Assembly (NCBI GenBank): GCA_016748015.1
Contig: JAAOMT010000648.1
Location: forward strand, 186,001 to 250,000
DNA: 64,000 nucleotides
Reading direction: 5' to 3'
From: Geosiphon pyriformis uo1
Lineage: Eukaryota; Fungi; Glomeromycota
Part shown: piece by piece, positions 62,483-64,000 of the stretch
Numbering within the stretch: position 1 is the first letter of the stretch
Layout: each line of letters opens with the position of its first letter
Program-made: the position numbers and the translations under genes
Notes under the pieces: model-generated
Told to the model about the DNA's origin: nothing
Database searches by the model: none
Seen by the model: the letters and a program-made list of their open reading frames with translations, nothing else

Positions 62483-63883
62483 ATGTTCATAGGATTGATC
62501 TTTTTAATTTTTTTAATTTGTTCGAGCTTGAAATTAAAGCTCGAAAATGAGCATAATATATTTGAAGTTACCAAACGATATGAAAAAATTGGTACATAAT
62601 TATTTAAAAATTGAAGGGTAATCAAATAATTATAAAACTTAAATTATAATTCAATTCTTAGAAATAAAACAACATGAATTCACTTTGAAGAATGGATCAA
62701 AATATGAAAAAAGAGATGATAAAATGAAGTTATTGACACAAACATCAATTCTCAGATATTTGGCTGATGTTGCTTTTTACGCTCATCAAACTTATTGTTT
62801 ACAAAAAGATGGTGGTTTTATAGATTTGGGCATTTATGGTAAAGTTAGAATTAATCTAATGCTATTATTTCATAAAAATTTGAATTTTTCTTTTAATTTT
62901 CATCTCTTTCCTGATTTTAAAGTTTGGGTCTCCACTACCTCTGAACCATTATCATTTAAAGATGGACCTGCAAAAGCAATTATTGTTCAATTAAGAGGCA
63001 TCGATTTAACTTATGATTTAATGGAAGGAATTTCTAAGGATTTATCAATGATTAAATATTCTTTCAAAAAAAATATTATGGTAGCCAAAGCATTTTATAT
63101 TGAACCGTATAGAGAAAATGCCAAAAACAAAATTTTGTTTATGCTTTCTACATATTTAAAAAATAATATTTATAAACAACATAAATTCGTCTTTACAGGA
63201 CATGGTTCGGGTGGAGGTAAGGTACTATTAATGATTCTTTTTGGCCTTTTTTTTTTTAATAGAATCTGTGAAAAATGCTGAACATTCTCACCCCAAATTC
63301 AATGATGGAATATCCCCAGCCCTAGCTGTGTACGCTGCCTTAGATTTTCGAAACTTTCTAATTGAAAATAAGTCTAAAAGGGATGTTGAAGTTGTAACTT
63401 TTGGTGAACCTCGAATTGGAACAAAATCTTTTTCAATATTTGCTGACTCAATGCTAAGTATTGCACGAGTCACTTTTGCTGACGATTTTGTACCATTGTT
63501 TTTTGCGGAAAAGTTGACTCATCATAATACTGAATTGTGGATTCCTGGGGATGATCATGAATGTAATTGTCCAGATTCTTTGGATGAACCTCGAAAGTTT
63601 CCATTAATTTATAATTGTGTCGTTGTAAGAGGGGATGAAAATTCGGTAAATGAAGATATTATTTTTGAAAAAAGCTTTTTTTTTTTTGCTTCAGTCATTA
63701 AATAATTGATTATATTTTTTTTTGATTATAAATTCGATTTCAAAGATGTGTAATAAACAATTTCACCAGGAAGATACAGCTTCAGTAAAAAAACCTCTTG
63801 AATCACGTGTTCATAACGGACCATACTTTGGCTACATTATGGGACAATGTAGTAAAAAAAGAACAAATTGGATAGAAATCTAA
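62483..63883 (+). CDS. Class-3 lipase-like protein with signal peptide/anchor; nucleophile motif GHGSGG; about 5 exons
   Basis: MFIGLIFLIFLICSSL (exon 1 inferred from splice phase), AFYAHQTYC, LRGID, FTGHGSGGALA, TFGEPRIG, RVTFADDFVP, HHNTELWI and VHNGPYFGYIMGQC; TAA at 63881-63883. Confidence 0.82.
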
Positions 63884-64000
63884 AGAAAACTCTGATAATA
63901 GGAAGTCAAGATTAATAAGTTTAGGAATTTTTTTCTTTAATTTTTAGAGATAAATTTTCCTAGTTTAAAAATATATAGGCAATAATAGATTATTCTCTGC

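Noticed and set aside
1-64000. CRISPR arrays, rRNA, tRNA or bacterial/endosymbiont inserts
   Set aside because: None seen by eye; the genes are eukaryotic and mostly spliced, and the TilS fragment carries splice sites, so it is host-derived.

Overview
Eukaryotic (fungal) genomic DNA with short spliceosomal introns. The gene content and the LINE/Gypsy protein families resemble those of a Glomeromycotina fungus, most likely Geosiphon pyriformis or a relative (inference, not checked). The window alternates between compact gene islands and extremely AT-rich blocks. Island 1 (9.4-12.8 kb) holds a homolog of p1, a subunit of the MTA1c/AMT1 DNA 6mA methyltransferase complex, head-to-head with FANCL. 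Island 2 (16.3-24.9 kb) holds an Asp-rich orphan ORF, ATP17, an MGR3-like TPR gene, SEC62, MTR3 and HMG-CoA lyase. Island 3 (49.7-63.9 kb) holds a P5B ATPase and three class-3 lipase-like genes whose canonical nucleophile Ser is replaced. The AT-rich blocks are nested transposons (APE/RNase H LINEs, Gypsy, pogo) eroded almost entirely by C>T/G>A substitutions with few indels, a RIP-like pattern. Main findings: (1) a full-length 2.3-kb ORF1-only (HAL1-like) non-autonomous retroelement with TSD and poly(A) that shares a 3' motif with the resident LINEs, present in three copies; (2) a 4.27-kb pogo element carrying a captured host TilS exon and other cargo; (3) RIP-like hypermutation graded by insertion age; (4) a pseudo-lipase cluster; (5) an MCB-box bidirectional promoter shared by p1 and FANCL.
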